Positions 1-12,524 of a stretch of DNA of 64,000 nucleotides are shown piece after piece. Under the pieces are notes generated by a model. The model had not been told where the DNA came from and did no database searches. It saw only the letters and a list, made by a program, of their open reading frames with translations. How positions within the stretch are numbered: position 1 is the first letter of the stretch; every line of letters starts with the position of its first letter. Origin of the DNA: Enoplolaimus lenunculus (taxonomy: Eukaryota); NCBI GenBank assembly GCA_030248215.1, contig JASANG010001881.1, positions 310,001-374,000 of the forward strand, written 5' to 3'. Position numbers and translations under genes: made by a program.

Positions 1-618
1 ATTCCTGAAATTTTATAATATTAATTGTACTAAAAATGGGTTTTTCTACAGGAACAACTTTGATTTAAGCTTAAAAGTAAGGATTAGACTTAAGTTTAGG
101 TTTAAGAAAAAACTTAGGCAAACGAGAAGGCTTGTGCTTAGCCATAGGTAAGCATATGATGTTAGCCTGAGTCTAAGCCTAAACCTAAACATAAATAAAT
201 ATGATGGGATGTGTTCAAGAATCAAAATTACTTTAAAATATCTTGTGAAAAGATTTCCGTCGGTAAACTTGTAAGATTTAGAATTTATTTTTCAAAATTT
301 CGACACGTATTTTAAGTAGGATTTCAGGACAGAACAGTTTTTAGGAATTGCAAAGTTTTGGCTTCAGGTAAAAGTTTATGCTTAAACTTAAGCAAGAGTT
401 TCTGCACTAGGTTTTATCTTAAGGTTAAGGTTAGTCTTAAGGATAACATTAAGAAGGTTACGTTAAAAGTTACGTGAATTTTAGGCAAAACAAAGCAGCA
501 TCTGGCTATGGTTATCACCACGGTTGCTTTATATACTGGCTAAGCTTAGAATTTTTTTAAAAATTAAGCCAATTTTAAATAAATCACCAAATTTTTCTAA
601 GCGGAACGGCCTATTTGA

Positions 619-1030
619 CAGGGTGCAATCGAGATTCCGATTCAGATTAGAATTTCGATTCAATTCCGATTCCGATTGCACAATCAGTCGAAATCAGAAT
701 TTTGCTATTTTAATTTTAAAGCTACTTGATGTGATACGTTGCATAAAAATTTTGTATTATTTATGTATTAAATTGCTTTCGTTGAGTTAACTTATCAATA
801 ATGGATTGTAGTTTAGCTTTACTTAACCAAAACTCATCGCCAATTTGATCATACTACCTTTTTGAAAATTGTTACCACCCAACAGACACCCAAATCAATA
901 TTATGTCATTACAAAATATCCGTACAGCCACAAAAGTTCCAGTTCCGATTCCGATTGAGATTACAATTCCAGTATAAGTTTGCTGTTCCGTTTCCGATTC
1001 CGGTATAATCCAGTTCCGCTTTGCACCCTG
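619..1030. mobile_element. CAGGG-terminal MITE (hAT-like)
   Basis: TIRs cagggtgcaa...ttgcaccctg; degenerate 8-bp TSD ctatttga/cttattga; related copies near 37375-37765, 48146-48245, 49220-49577. Confidence 0.7.
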
Positions 1031-1160
1031 CTTATTGAGTGTAGTATTCCTGTATATTTTTAGGCTAACATTCAAACACCTTTGGTTTAGGATTTAGGCT
1101 TAAGCCATAAGCTAATTTTTTCATTTTAGATAATTTTTTAAAAAAGTAATTAAATTTCAC

Positions 1161-1343
1161 CTGAACAAAACGGCAACTGACTATCGTAACCGCCACTGCT
1201 GGTACAAGCTGAAGACGCAACTCCAACGAGAAAATAATCCGTTTGACAACTGAAGCTCACCGAGATTCCATCGTAGACTTCGGTTTGCGTCGGTCCAATA
1301 TAATTCCAAGCGCCATATGGAATATTGGGATTAGGACAGATTT
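1161..1343 (-). CDS. Sushi/CCP exon 11 (most 3' exon found in the window)
   Basis: gtttcag acceptor and GTGAAA donor; 183 nt, phase 1-1; ICPNPNIPYGAWNYIGPTQTEVYDGISVSFSCQTDYFLVGVASSACTSSGGYDSQLPFCS with the 4-Cys CCP pattern. Ends on a donor, so the gene continues leftwards. Confidence 0.9.
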
Positions 1344-1734
1344 CTGAAACATTTTTATCAATAAAGCCTAAGAGTGCCGTATGCCCGTAGCCAGCTCACC
1401 TTGCTTGGTAGGCTAAAACATTTTCAAGAAGGGCATACAAGGGTTTTCGTTGACTTACAAACAAGGTTGATAATTTTCTAAGGCGGGGCAAAGTTCAGCT
1501 AAACAAAGTTAATTTATTGAAGTTATTTTGACAAATTTTACTCATCACATGATGGAAGCAGAAATTTATTAATTTAAAACAATTAAATTACGAAAAATTC
1601 AAATTTGGGTATGGAATGATTAGCACTGTTCGTCGTAAGCTCAAATCAACAATTTTCAAAATACGACAATTTTTGGCAATCGCTAGCTGACAGACTATAG
1701 TCAAAAGTCCGTTTTGCTAAAGGATATTTCATAC

Positions 1735-1911
1735 TTAAACAACTCGGAGCCGGAACATCGTACAGTCCAGATTGTTGACAAATCAATGTTGAACTTCCGT
1801 TCATGTGATATCCCGCGTCGCATGTGTACGTCGCATTCTCCGGATTTATTATCGGTGATCCGCTGACGACAAAATTTCCATTACTCACCGTGTCCGGTGT
1901 CGGGCAAATGG
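1735..1911 (-). CDS. Sushi/CCP exon 10
   Basis: ttgcag/GTATGA; 177 nt, phase 1-1; ICPTPDTVSNGNFVVSGSPIINPENATYTCDAGYHMNGSSTLICQQSGLYDVPAPSCL. Confidence 0.92.
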
Positions 1912-2337
1912 CTGCAATCAAATCATAAAATTAATAATAAAACTGTAATAAATAAATTAGGAAATAAATAACGATGAAAGCGTTAACGTTGACTTAGATA
2001 CGCAGATGTATAATTTAGATAAAGCAATTGAACAAATATCAAACAGCATTCGAACAAGCCTTAGGGTAGCTCTAACGTCCGGCGTCGTCCGGCATCCGTA
2101 CGGCGTCGTCCGTCATTCGTACGGCGCCATCCGTCACCGTCATGCACCATACCGCCCCGTAACGCACACAGATGCATGACGGTGCACGGGTAACAAACGG
2201 TGCCGTACGACAAGTATAGCGCAACCCTATCCATTCCAGTTTCTAAGTCTTCCAATCTCTAAGTCCCCAGTCCTTAAGTCCCACAGTCCCTAAGTCCGTC
2301 AGTCCACCCCTCTCCGTTCCAGGGATCAAAAACGAAC

Positions 2338-2517
2338 CTTCACACGTTGGAGCGGCATAATCAAAGGTGCGATCCGTCAGACACGTAAGCACAGACTGGC
2401 CGACTAAATGAAATCCGCTATTGCATGTGTATGTAATGGTGTCGTTCGTTATTACTGGTGAAGAACTTTGTACCGGTGCCGCTGCGTTAGCAACTGTCGG
2501 AATATTGTCACAAATTC
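2338..2517 (-). CDS. Sushi/CCP exon 9
   Basis: ttttag/GTTCGT; 180 nt, phase 1-1; ICDNIPTVANAAAPVQSSSPVITNDTITYTCNSGFHLVGQSVLTCLTDRTFDYAAPTCE (not in ORF track). Confidence 0.9.
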
Positions 2518-3135
2518 CTAAAAAAATTAAATTTTCAATAATAAAATTTGATGCAATTAAATTTTTTCAAAAAAATTTCTAACCGTTCCTAAATTAGTGA
2601 ACTTGTCCCGGGTTTTGGAGCTGAAGGTACGGAATCTGAACCCGTTTAGGAATTAAATGAAGAGTAGCTTAAACTACATTGCTGGGCGAGTTGAGTTCAA
2701 CGGTACCATTTGTATGGTTGTATGACCAACGGTTCAAAAGTTACGACCAACGAAATTATAGTGCAAACAGGTTTGAAGGAAAAGTATCAATCACTCACAT
2801 ATTCGTAAGATGTAATCGTTACAAGGTTTATTCCTTAAACAAATTTGGTAGGCGGCTGTGTATGTTTTATATGGTAAAAAGTTAAAATATAATCTGCAAC
2901 ACCTTTTGAATCAGAGCCCTGCTGTTCTAATAATGGTACGCTAAACTCAGCTTGTCAAAATCTATAAAATAAGCCACTTTTCATTAAATTTCTAAAGGGG
3001 TCCATATTTAGTGCCTCCACCGTCTTTGGTTAGTTTCCTGTTGCCATGCAAACTCGCAATACGGGATTCGTTTGGTCCATAAGATGTTTGATTAAGTAAA
3101 AGGATTGCGTCGAATATAAAATAAACCATACATAC

Positions 3136-3324
3136 CTTTACACTCGGGTGCCAAATTGTCATATGTTCCACCACTTAGGCAAATCAGGGTTTGAACCCCA
3201 ACCAAATGATAATTAACGTTGCACTGATATGTGACGTCAATGCCGTCATAGATCGGAACCGACGAATCGCTATGAGACGGAGTCCACGTTCCTTGAGTGA
3301 TTGTCGTTGGTGCTGGACATTTCA
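3136..3324 (-). CDS. Sushi/CCP exon 8
   Basis: tttcag/GTATGT; 189 nt, phase 1-1; KCPAPTTITQGTWTPSHSDSSVPIYDGIDVTYQCNVNYHLVGVQTLICLSGGTYDNLAPECK. Confidence 0.92.
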
Positions 3325-3594
3325 CTGAAAATATCACAGAAAAAACGAATCAGCGGGCGGATCGAGTATATTCCGGTTGAAGAGGATAATTTTCTGACGA
3401 TTTTAATGTGGCAAATGTTATAATTTGTGAATTTTGATACGAAATTTTGATGATTTTCCGATAATTTAGAATGTTTTTGTTAAAATTAAATTTTCAAACT
3501 GATTGGCTTTTCAGCTTTAATAATTTACGATTTCCAGCTTTAGCGTTGGCCTGTCCACCCCTGGTTAAAAGAATTAATTGAAAAGTAAACTCAC

Positions 3595-3771
3595 GTTTAC
3601 AGACTGGTTCGGCGAAATCATATGTTCCATCAATTCCACAGGTTAACGTTGCTGTGCCTACCAGGTGGTACCCGGAATTACAAGCGTACGCAACGGTAAC
3701 TCCATCTATGATGTCGCCGGATGTACTTGGAGTTACCGTACCCTGTACGAGGCTGGGATTTGGACAGATTT
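3595..3771 (-). CDS. Sushi/CCP exon 7
   Basis: tttcag/GTGAGT; 177 nt, phase 1-1; ICPNPSLVQGTVTPSTSGDIIDGVTVAYACNSGYHLVGTATLTCGIDGTYDFAEPVCK. Confidence 0.92.
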
Positions 3772-4878
3772 CTGAAAAAATCAGATTGCAGTAGTATTTA
3801 AAACAATTGTATTTATGATTAAGTCTAACCTTTTCTCGCATGAATATTTTCTATTTTATACGAAAGATCGAATTTGAAGCTATGCTTCAAGCCAGAAACT
3901 ATTTGTTATGAGGCGCTCACAATCACTGCGGGACATAAACTGTTTTACACACGAGAAGTAAAGGCTCTCACGTCTTGTAGAGATTTTGTACTACACATAT
4001 ATACGCGCATTAATAATAAACATTGAGTATTGCGTATTATTCTGCGTACGTTTTCACTGAATTCCTATCTGCATCAAGCACGTAACCAGCTCACCTTGCT
4101 AGGGGGGCTAAAAATTTTTCAAGAGGAGCATTCAAGAGATTTTAACGACTTACATGCAAGGTTGAAAATTTTGTAGGGGGCCAAAATTTTTCCGGGGAGC
4201 TGAGCCCGCCTGCCCCCCCCCCTTTGGCTACGGGCCAGCATAGCATGTAGGAACAAATTAACACGTCCTTAATTTGTTATAAATCATCGAAAAACGGAAG
4301 GAATTAATAAGAATATAAAGGTAGAATCAGTAGATGCGTGCTTGACATAGCTTTACTGGAGAAACAAATCGTTAAATAACTGAAACTAGTCAGCAGGCTT
4401 TGCGCAATGCGTAAAAATTAACAAATCCGCAACAATCTGCATGCAAATTTTTTTTACACTAAACAATCACATTTCTGTTCTGAGAAAATACTGTAAACAA
4501 AGTCATAGTGAAAAATTGCTCAAAATGCGTATGTGGGGCGTTCCAGCTTTAATAATATAGTTATAATAAAACATAGAGCAGATTTTATCTAATTGCTAGG
4601 AAACGTCTGTTTTACAAAAAACGAGATGAACAACAATAAAAACAAGGTGAATGCTGGTATTCGATCCGGGTCGATGTTGCGGAGTGCGCTTTGTTTCGGT
4701 TTTGCCAAATTGTTTTTACTCGGAGGTGGAAACTGTTTCGATAAGGTACGGAAAATGAAAATTGGAGTAATTTGCATATTTCGATACGTCAGATTGGTAT
4801 GCTTTTGCACAGTCATTTGGTAATTTTGTCACTTCCAAAACAGTATGCTTTATCTGAAAAATGTTTGTCTTAATATAC

Positions 4879-5158
4879 GGCTCATGTATAGAACAGGGCC
4901 GGAACAGTAGTATAACCATATTCCTGAGCCTAAGCCTAAGCGTATGGATGAGCCTATTCCTAAACCTAAGCCTAAGCCTAAGCGTATGGATGAGCCTATT
5001 CCTAAACCTAAGCCTAAGCCTAAGCGTATGGATGAGCCTATTCCTAAACCTAAGCCTAAGCCTAAGCGTATGGATGAGCCTATTCCTAAACCTAAGCCTA
5101 AGCCTAAGCGTATGGATGAGCCTATTCATAAGCCTAAGCCTTGTTCTATACATGGGCC
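4879..5158. mobile_element. Family A MITE (GGCCCATGTA termini, 8-bp TSD) with internal TTAGGC-derived 42-bp tandem expansion
   Basis: TIR ggctcatgtatagaaca...ttctatacatgggcc; TSD taatatac/taatttac; other copies at 22756-22941, 28432-28615, about 30068-30268, 32875-33143, 33896-34039, 50664-50824, 57427-57588. Confidence 0.85.
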
Positions 5159-5271
5159 TAATTTACAGTATTACTTATATAATTTCTCGTATACGGGATT
5201 TAGGACTCTCGTAGAAAACGCAATCACTGCTAACTACTCAGAGTAACAATTTGAGAACAACTAATACTAAC

Positions 5272-5448
5272 TTTTACACGTTGGACCCGCCAAATCGTAC
5301 GAGTTGCCACTTTGACACGTCAGCATCGCGGCACCAACCAAACTGTATCCGGTATTGCAAGAATACGCCACTGTCACTCCGTTAATTATCGGCGACCCAG
5401 ACGCAGTGGACGTTCCATCCAGGATCGACGGCGGAGTTGGACAAATTT
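5272..5448 (-). CDS. Sushi/CCP exon 6
   Basis: ttttag/GTTAGT; 177 nt, phase 1-1; ICPTPPSILDGTSTASGSPIINGVTVAYSCNTGYSLVGAAMLTCQSGNSYDLAGPTCK (not in ORF track). Confidence 0.9.
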
Positions 5449-6800
5449 CTAAAATAATTCATTCATCATTTCCGTACAAACGACGATTTACTCAAACGAC
5501 AATTAATGCTTAAATTAAGGACATCAACCATGCATTGGTTTATGCAGTGTTCATACTTTGCAGTTAAATTTTCGATTGCCTACTTTATGAATTAAAAATA
5601 AAAAACGGAGGGCAGACTGATATTTATTTGACCTCTCTACAGGGAACCCCCTTTGTTATTCGGTTACGGACTGTTATTTATTTTTAAACCCGCCCTCCGC
5701 CGCCTTTGCTAGTACTACACCCATTCTATGTCATTTTCTGGATTTCCCCTTTCAAAAAAGTTTGTACCTGTGTTATATTTTTGAGCCGTATAGACCTAAT
5801 TAGGGTTTAGGGCCTCTATGCGCTTACGGACTCTTATTAGGGATACAAACTCCTATGAAATGGGACTCAAAATGGGGACCACACTCTTATTACCCATCCT
5901 CTTCCTCCTATTCGGGTTACTACAGTAGGGTCATTTGTGATTTTGAGATCTTTTAGTTTACATTTGAATGAAATACAGATCGTTGGACGAACACACTGCC
6001 ACTGCGCCACGCAACCGGCCAGTTCGGCTGCAGTTTATCGTGGTCCATATATGATAACGTGTGCTATCGAGATTCATATTGTGAACGATACATATATGGA
6101 TAGAAAAACATAAGTTGTAAATTTTTGGTTTACGCGAAAAAAACCAGCATGATAACCAACATTTCAACAGGAAATATTAACCGGAACCTATTAAACAGGA
6201 ATTGATTTTTGCAGGAATTCCGGTTGGAACAAAAATTACAAGTGGAACCGTGGCTAGGAACTGTTGTGAGTGGTTTGACTTTATTAACTGATGATTTGTT
6301 ATACAACATGACCCATGTTACTTTTAGGGCCGTCCCGGTTTCTGGTGGGTCTGTAAAACAGTAGGCTTAACGTACACCTCGCATTGATTGAGTAGGGTGG
6401 TATGATCACCTTTTATTTTGCAATCAAAACCACTGCCGTCCTCAGAACTTCCTCCATTTCGAAACCCGTCAACTCATCGAAATTTTTATTAATGTTTTTA
6501 CACGGCACACCCAAGTTCATTTTGTTTTTATTGAATTTGGCCAATGTTACTTTTAGGGCTGTAACAGTAGATTAAGCGTATTCCTAAGCCAAAGCCTAAG
6601 CGTTGCAAAAGGCGTATTTCTAACATTAAGCCTGAGCCTGAGCAAAAATGTAGTCTACAATATAAATCTACTCTCTTACAGTGACCCAACAGAAACCGGG
6701 ACGGCCCTAAAAGTAACATGGACCTTTATGCCAATTAAGCCGTTTGTTTGAGCAGTTGAACACCAACTCTTTGACATTCACTCGTGGTACAACGAATTAC

Positions 6801-6974
6801 TTTCACAAACAGGAGCCGCTAAGTTAAAACTTCGATCAGCTTGGCAAGTCAGTACATTATTGCCAACCAAATGATACCCAGAATGACACGTGTAAGTCAC
6901 AGTGATGTCTGTAATAATTGGACTGCCAGAAGCAGTTGTGTCTGCATTGGCCACAGATACAATTGAACAAATTC
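6801..6974 (-). CDS. Sushi/CCP exon 5
   Basis: tttcag/GTAATT; 174 nt, phase 1-1; ICSIVSVANADTTASGSPIITDITVTYTCHSGYHLVGNNVLTCQADRSFNLAAPVCE. Confidence 0.92.
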
Positions 6975-7061
6975 CTGAAAAACACAAAGTTCATTTTCAA
7001 TACGCAAAATTGTTATTTTGGTTCAGGCTAATCGTTAGGTTTAGAAATAAAGCTTAGCGAT

Positions 7062-7970
7062 AAACCTGAATTTATGCAATTTCCTAAACCTTAGCCTGAA
7101 TTTAAGCCATTTCCTAAACCTAAGCCTGAATTTAAGCCATTTCCTAAACCTTAGCCTGAATTTAAGCCATTTCCTAAACCTAAGCCTGAATTTAAACCAT
7201 TTCCTAAACCTTAGCCTGAATTTAAGCCATTTCCTAAACCTTAGCCTGAATTTAAGCCATTTCCTAAACCTAAGCCTGAATTTAAGCCATTTCCTAAACC
7301 TAAGCCTGAATTTAAGCCATTTCATAAACCTAAGCCTGAATTTAAGCCATTTCCTTAACCTAAGCCTGAATTTAAGCCATTTCCTAAACCTAAGCCTGAA
7401 TTTAAGCCATTTCATAAACCTAAGCCTGAATTTAAGCCATTTCCTAAACCTAAGCTTGAATTTAAGCCATTTCCTAAACCTTAGTCTGAATTTAAGCCAT
7501 TTCCTAAACCTAAGCCTGAATTTAAGCCATTTCCTAAACCTAAGCCTGAATTTAAGCCATTTCCTAAACCTAAGCCTGAATTTAAGCCATTTCATAAACC
7601 TAAGCCTGAATTTAAGCCATTTCCTAAACCTAAGCCTGAATTTAAGCCATTTCCTAAACCTAAGCCTGAATTTAAGCCATTTCATAAACCTAAGCCTGAA
7701 TTTAAGCCATTTCCTAAACCTAAGCCTGAATTTAAGCCATTTCATAAACCTAAGCCTGAATTTAAGCCATTTCCTAAACCTAAGCCTGAATTTAAGCCAT
7801 TTCCTAAACCTTAGCCTGAATTTAAGCCATTTCCTAAACCTAAGCCTGAATTTAAGCCATTTCCTAAACCTAAGCCTGAATTTAAGCCATTTCCTAAACC
7901 TAAGCCTGAATTTAAGCCATTTCATAAACCTAAGCCTGAATTTAAGCCATTTCCTAAACCTAAGCCTAAG
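7062..7970. repeat. 30-bp minisatellite TTCCTAAACCTAAGCCTGAATTTAAGCCAT (about 30 copies), telomere-hexamer derived
   Basis: Highly homogeneous direct tandem units inside a Sushi-gene intron. Confidence 0.97.
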
Positions 7971-8726
7971 CTTTATGTGTAAGTCTTAACCTTAAATTTT
8001 GGAGAGGAAATGTACCAGAGGCTAAAAATTTTGTCGTTTTTGCTAAATTCTGGTATTTTGATTGTGTCTTGCTTTATTTTTGTTTCGATTTTTTTGCTAT
8101 TTGTGTTTTCTATTTTTTATTCTTTTCTGCTTATCTTTGCAATGGAGCGAGCACAAAGTAACTATGTAGCCAAGGCGGAACCAGCCGGGCGTCGCAGGGC
8201 GGTACTTCTCATCAGAACGCTCAACCTTGCAAATGCTTACTGTTGCGATGTTCATGCAAGCTTTGTTCAGATACGTAATGTCGGCCCCAAGACTCATAGG
8301 CGGATCCAAAAATTTACGACGGGTGGCGGGTTGGAAAATATTATGAAACGCAAAAATTGTAAAGTAGGGACCTTATGATTTTATCACCAATACATTTTCT
8401 GAGGTTGAAAATGGTAAGGTACACCTTACCATTTTTTAAAAAAAACTCAGAGAAAAAATGACAATTCTTACAAAATGATTTTCTGAGAGAAAAATTGTGA
8501 CGTAGGTACCTTACCATTTTATCACAAAAAATTTTCTGACGGGGGAGCGTACGCCTCCCGCCCATCCCCCTCAGGATCCGCAGTGCAACACTGGTCACTT
8601 AAAAATTTTGAAGAGATATTTCTTATGCTACCAACTGAATAAGCGCTACCCCCCGCAGGCAAAAATTCCAAAACTATGGTGACCCCTGATTACCGTGACC
8701 TACGTCCTTGAAAAGGATCCACAAAC

Positions 8727-8909
8727 CTTTGCATACAGGAGCATTGTTATCATACAGACCATTCGACAAACATGTCAATACACTACTCACACCAACCAAA
8801 TGATAATTTGCATTACAACTGTATGTTGCAGTATCTCCTTCAATTACAGGACTGCTACCGGATAATGTGTATTGACCATTTGAAACAGCTGCCGGATTCG
8901 GACACGTTT
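8727..8909 (-). CDS. Sushi/CCP exon 4
   Basis: ttttag/GTTTGT; 183 nt, phase 1-1; TCPNPAAVSNGQYTLSGSSPVIEGDTATYSCNANYHLVGVSSVLTCLSNGLYDNNAPVCK. Confidence 0.9.
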
Positions 8910-9465
8910 CTAAAATTAAAACATCTTTTAAGTATAGATTTTAGCCGTAAACACTAGTATAAGCAAATTCGTAAGCCTATAGCCTAAGCGTTAAACCTAA
9001 CAAAGCCTTGGTCCCACATTCTCAAATGCATATAGCACCTATTAGCAGTTAGTAATAGGTTTTCAAACTAACGAACTGGTGTAATTACAGATCTCAAAAT
9101 TTGCACAGTAGCAGAGAAAACCAACTGCAATAAATGTGCTCAATTTCAAACCTCACTATTCCCTGCTTCGAAAGTTTCAAGGCCTATCGCCAACTGGTAA
9201 TTGGTGTTACACACATTTGAGAATATGAGCTAAGGTCTACGCAAACAATAGTCTAAAGCTTGCGTTTACTCTGTTGTAGTTCCGCGGAGAAACTGTTCGT
9301 CGCTCAGCTGATTTAAAAATTAAAGAAAAATACTACGCACACAAAAATTAGAACAAAAAACAATTAAATGTAACAAATAAATTTGCTTGCAAGCGCTGCT
9401 CAGATTATAACATAGCGATAAGTATACACACGACACACGAATATGATTTTAGTATTTTGGATATT

Positions 9466-9745
9466 TGGACCTAAAAGTACCTCCTGTTATAAAAATCCGA
9501 CCTAAAAGTAACTCCTGTTATTGAAATTGGACCTAAAAGTACCGCCTGTTATAAAAATCGGACCTAAAAGTAACTCCTGTTATTAAAATTGGACCTAAAA
9601 GTACCGCCTGTTATAAAAATCGGACCTAAAAGTAACTCCTGTTATTAAAATTGGACCTAATTGTACCTCCTGTTATAAAATTTCGAACCTAAAAGTAAAT
9701 CCTATTATTTATATTGGACCTAAAAGTAACTCATGTTATTAAAAT
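9466..9745. repeat. About 29-bp tandem repeat (GGACCTAAAAGTA-CTCCTGTTAT) with alternating dimer structure
   Basis: About 9-10 direct copies alternating gtacc/gtaac variants. Confidence 0.9.
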
Positions 9746-10165
9746 TTAAGGTTGCCAATTTTAGAAGCTATTTATATTAGGAAGAAAGAATTAAGCTTAA
9801 ATATTTAAAATAATTATGTTTTCTTTAAACTTTTCAGTAATTCCACTGTTTAATTTGGGTATGTATTGCGTCTGGTATATTAATTTTATATTAACCAATA
9901 TAAATGATGTTTACTAAATTCAGCCAATGTTACTTTTAGGAGCGAAACAGTAGACTAAGCGTATTTCTAAGGTTAAGCCTAAGCCTAAGGCTAAGCGAAA
10001 AAATGTAATCAAGAATATAAACCTACTCTTTTATAGACCCACCAGAAACCTGGACGCCACTAAAAGTAACTTGGGCCTCTATGAATATATACTTTTAGGC
10101 GACCACGGCCTTCTTCTTTCCTGTTATTATCTGGAACCAGGCAATACACAGACTTGAAAACTTTA

Positions 10166-10387
10166 GGGCCCATATTCTCAAATGTGTATAGCAACTATCA
10201 TCAGTTAGTAATAGATTTTCAAACTCACTTACTATTGCAGTTGTAGAAATTAAAATTGGCACAAGAGTGGAGCAAATCATATGCGAAAATTGTGCTAAAT
10301 TTTAAATTTCAGCATTCACTGGTTTCAAAGTTACAAGACCTATCGCCAACTGCTATTAGGTGCTACACACATTTGAGAATACGGGCC
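10166..10387. mobile_element. Family C MITE (GGCCCATATTCTCAAAT termini)
   Basis: TIR ggcccatattctcaaatgtgt...acacatttgagaatacgggcc; copies at about 9010-9230, 19795-20010, 30474-30695, 61552-61776. Confidence 0.8.
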
Positions 10388-10497
10388 TTGACTTCGTTCT
10401 AAACAGATATACGCTAATCACGCAGCCAACGCAAGCTTAGCAAAGAATTGCAATTGACTGCATCTGGTTGCAAAGGTTTTATGCCGTTCGCTCGTAC

Positions 10498-10677
10498 TTT
10501 TGCACAGTGGATAATTGTAATTGTACGTTCCGCTTGAAGTACACTGCAGTACAGTCGCTCCAACCAATAGATATCCTGCATTGCACGAATACGTTGCAGT
10601 AACACCGTCATATACGGTCCCTGATTGGCTGTATGATGCGGCTCCGTTGGCAACGCTTGGAACATATGGGCAAATTG
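10498..10677 (-). CDS. Sushi/CCP exon 3
   Basis: ttttaag (AAG) acceptor and GTACGA donor; 180 nt, phase 1-1; ICPYVPSVANGAASYSQSGTVYDGVTATYSCNAGYLLVGATVLQCTSSGTYNYNYPLCK. Confidence 0.88.
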
Positions 10678-11852
10678 CTTAAAATGCAAACGTAAATTTG
10701 AAAATTGCAATGCAAACATCAGTTCTGGTATGCAATCACCCGGCACACGCTTAGACTCAGGGTCCGGCTTAGGTTTTAAACTTATAAATATGTTTATGGA
10801 AAGACGTGCTTATACCTAAACCTAATCGTTCACCGTTAACTGAGTGTTTGCCTGAGTCTAAGCATAAGCTTAAGCTTTAATGTGAACCTTACTCTTAAGT
10901 GTAGTGGACCCTATTTGTATAAAAGCAACAGTAAATATTCGAAGTTTAAAAAAACCAAAACAAACAGCTCCTGAACGGGTCAGAGAGACGGGGTAGACAC
11001 ATCCTGTATCAATCAGTCACACCACCAGATATTTAATAGTTAACATTAATATCATGGGTTGCATAATTCAATGCAGTACTCGGCGGTATTATTCCGTACA
11101 ACAGGTGGGTTGACCGAAAATTAACAGTGTTCTGGTAAACTTGTTTTACCTTGGATGCCGTCTTAAGCAAGTCTCATTCTCAAGACTTTGCAACAACTTA
11201 ACCCACTGCACCAACTACGCATTCAAGTCTTTTATTGCACATCTTGAAAAACAGTTTTGGTTTACAATCAATGATTGTATAGTAAATAACTTTTCATTTA
11301 TTTTTTAAAATTCGTAAACGCAGCACAAATAAGAGGTTGACCAAAGAAAAATAGAAATTTTTCTCAATTTTTCAACCAAACAATTGCGTATTATGCAAAT
11401 ATTACAAAAGTAAACGAGTATAAACTGACTAATTGGAGCCGAGCAGAAGCGAAAATTTTAGCGTTATTAATACTGTAACGGGTACAACGATTTCATTGAA
11501 GACTAAGACATCAGGTGCGTATTGAAAATTAAACGCCTGCTTAAAAAGTTATGTGATTTAAACTATTTGAATAGGGGCAGGTTATATAATTTCAAACGAA
11601 TCAGTACACAACCCTTCTAAAAGATTAAACTGTTAATTAATTTAAAGAAATGTTCAACTTTACCCGCTTCGAGTTGTTATATATTGACCTTACCATTACA
11701 AAATTAGAGTTCCTCGAAAAAACTAAAATACGAGTTGAATTCAACGCAAACTAATCTTTGAACGGTGGTAATTTAGTCAACGAATCGTTGCTTCAACCGG
11801 TATAATTGACATCGTCAACGGACCCTTGCGGCAACCGGTATGATGATCTTAC

Positions 11853-12017
11853 CTTTACAAAGCGGATACCCGTTCATACCAGTATCAGAACAAGTGGACG
11901 TTGCACTGCCGACCAGATAATAATTCGTATTGCACGTCCATGTAACTGATTGTCCCGAATAAATTGTGCCCGTTGGACTACGCGATCCATAGGAGACCGA
12001 TGACACCGTACAGATTT
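11853..12017 (-). CDS. Sushi/CCP exon 2
   Basis: gtacag/GTAAGA; 165 nt, phase 1-1; ICTVSSVSYGSRSPTGTIYSGQSVTWTCNTNYYLVGSATSTCSDTGMNGYPLCK. Confidence 0.9.
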
Positions 12018-12256
12018 CTGTACGAAATAATAATATAAATTAGTAAAACTGGAACGCTCACGATACGTATTTTGGGCATCGTTTAAACTCTTAGTTGTAT
12101 ATATCATCATGTAAACACGAGTCAATGTCACTATCAGGGCTGTAACAGTAGTATTACAAGCATATTCTAACGCCTAAGTTTCAGAGTAAAGATGAGTCTA
12201 TAAATAAGACTACGCCTAAGTTTAGACTAAAGCAAAAAATGTAGTCTAAAGCTTAA

Positions 12257-12524
12257 CCCTCTCTCACATGAATATGTTTAATTTCATATGAGATGTAATT
12301 TCAAGGCAAAATTCAATCCCAAGTCTCACGGGTGGAAGGCGTTTACGACGATTACTGAGTAATAGGAGCTTGACGCTCGAGCCCGAGTAGGCTCTCCCGT
12401 CTTGTGTAGATTTTGCACTGCGCATATATGTTATAAATGTTACACTGCTCACAGTGTGTGTATTGCTCGTACATATATATTGTATTCAGTTGCTCATAGT
12501 ATATATACTCTATGAGTGAAAGGG
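12257..12524. mobile_element. piggyBac-like MITE (TTAA TSD, CCC...GGG termini)
   Basis: ttaa|ccctctctcacatga...tatgagtgaaaggg|ttaa; partial copies at about 3826-4030, 13525-13700, 32475-32535, 56559-56810. Confidence 0.75.

Noticed and set aside
61..480. True telomere or chromosome end
   Set aside because: The hexamers are degenerate and interspersed, and the region follows a splice donor of a continuing gene.
4716..5246. LRLR / LSLS / PKPK repeat ORFs (also at about 30.0, 33.0 and 57.4 kb)
   Set aside because: These are the reading frames of (GCCTAA)n inside MITEs.
7041..7989. 294-aa [10 protein letters not shown] and 177-aa NLSLNLSHF ORFs
   Set aside because: Translations of a 30-bp intronic minisatellite; a unit length divisible by 3 keeps the frames open.
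9466..9745. CRISPR-like regularly spaced repeats (also 41.1, 54.5 and 55.9 kb)
   Set aside because: Head-to-tail units without unique spacers, no cas genes, eukaryotic intron/exon context.
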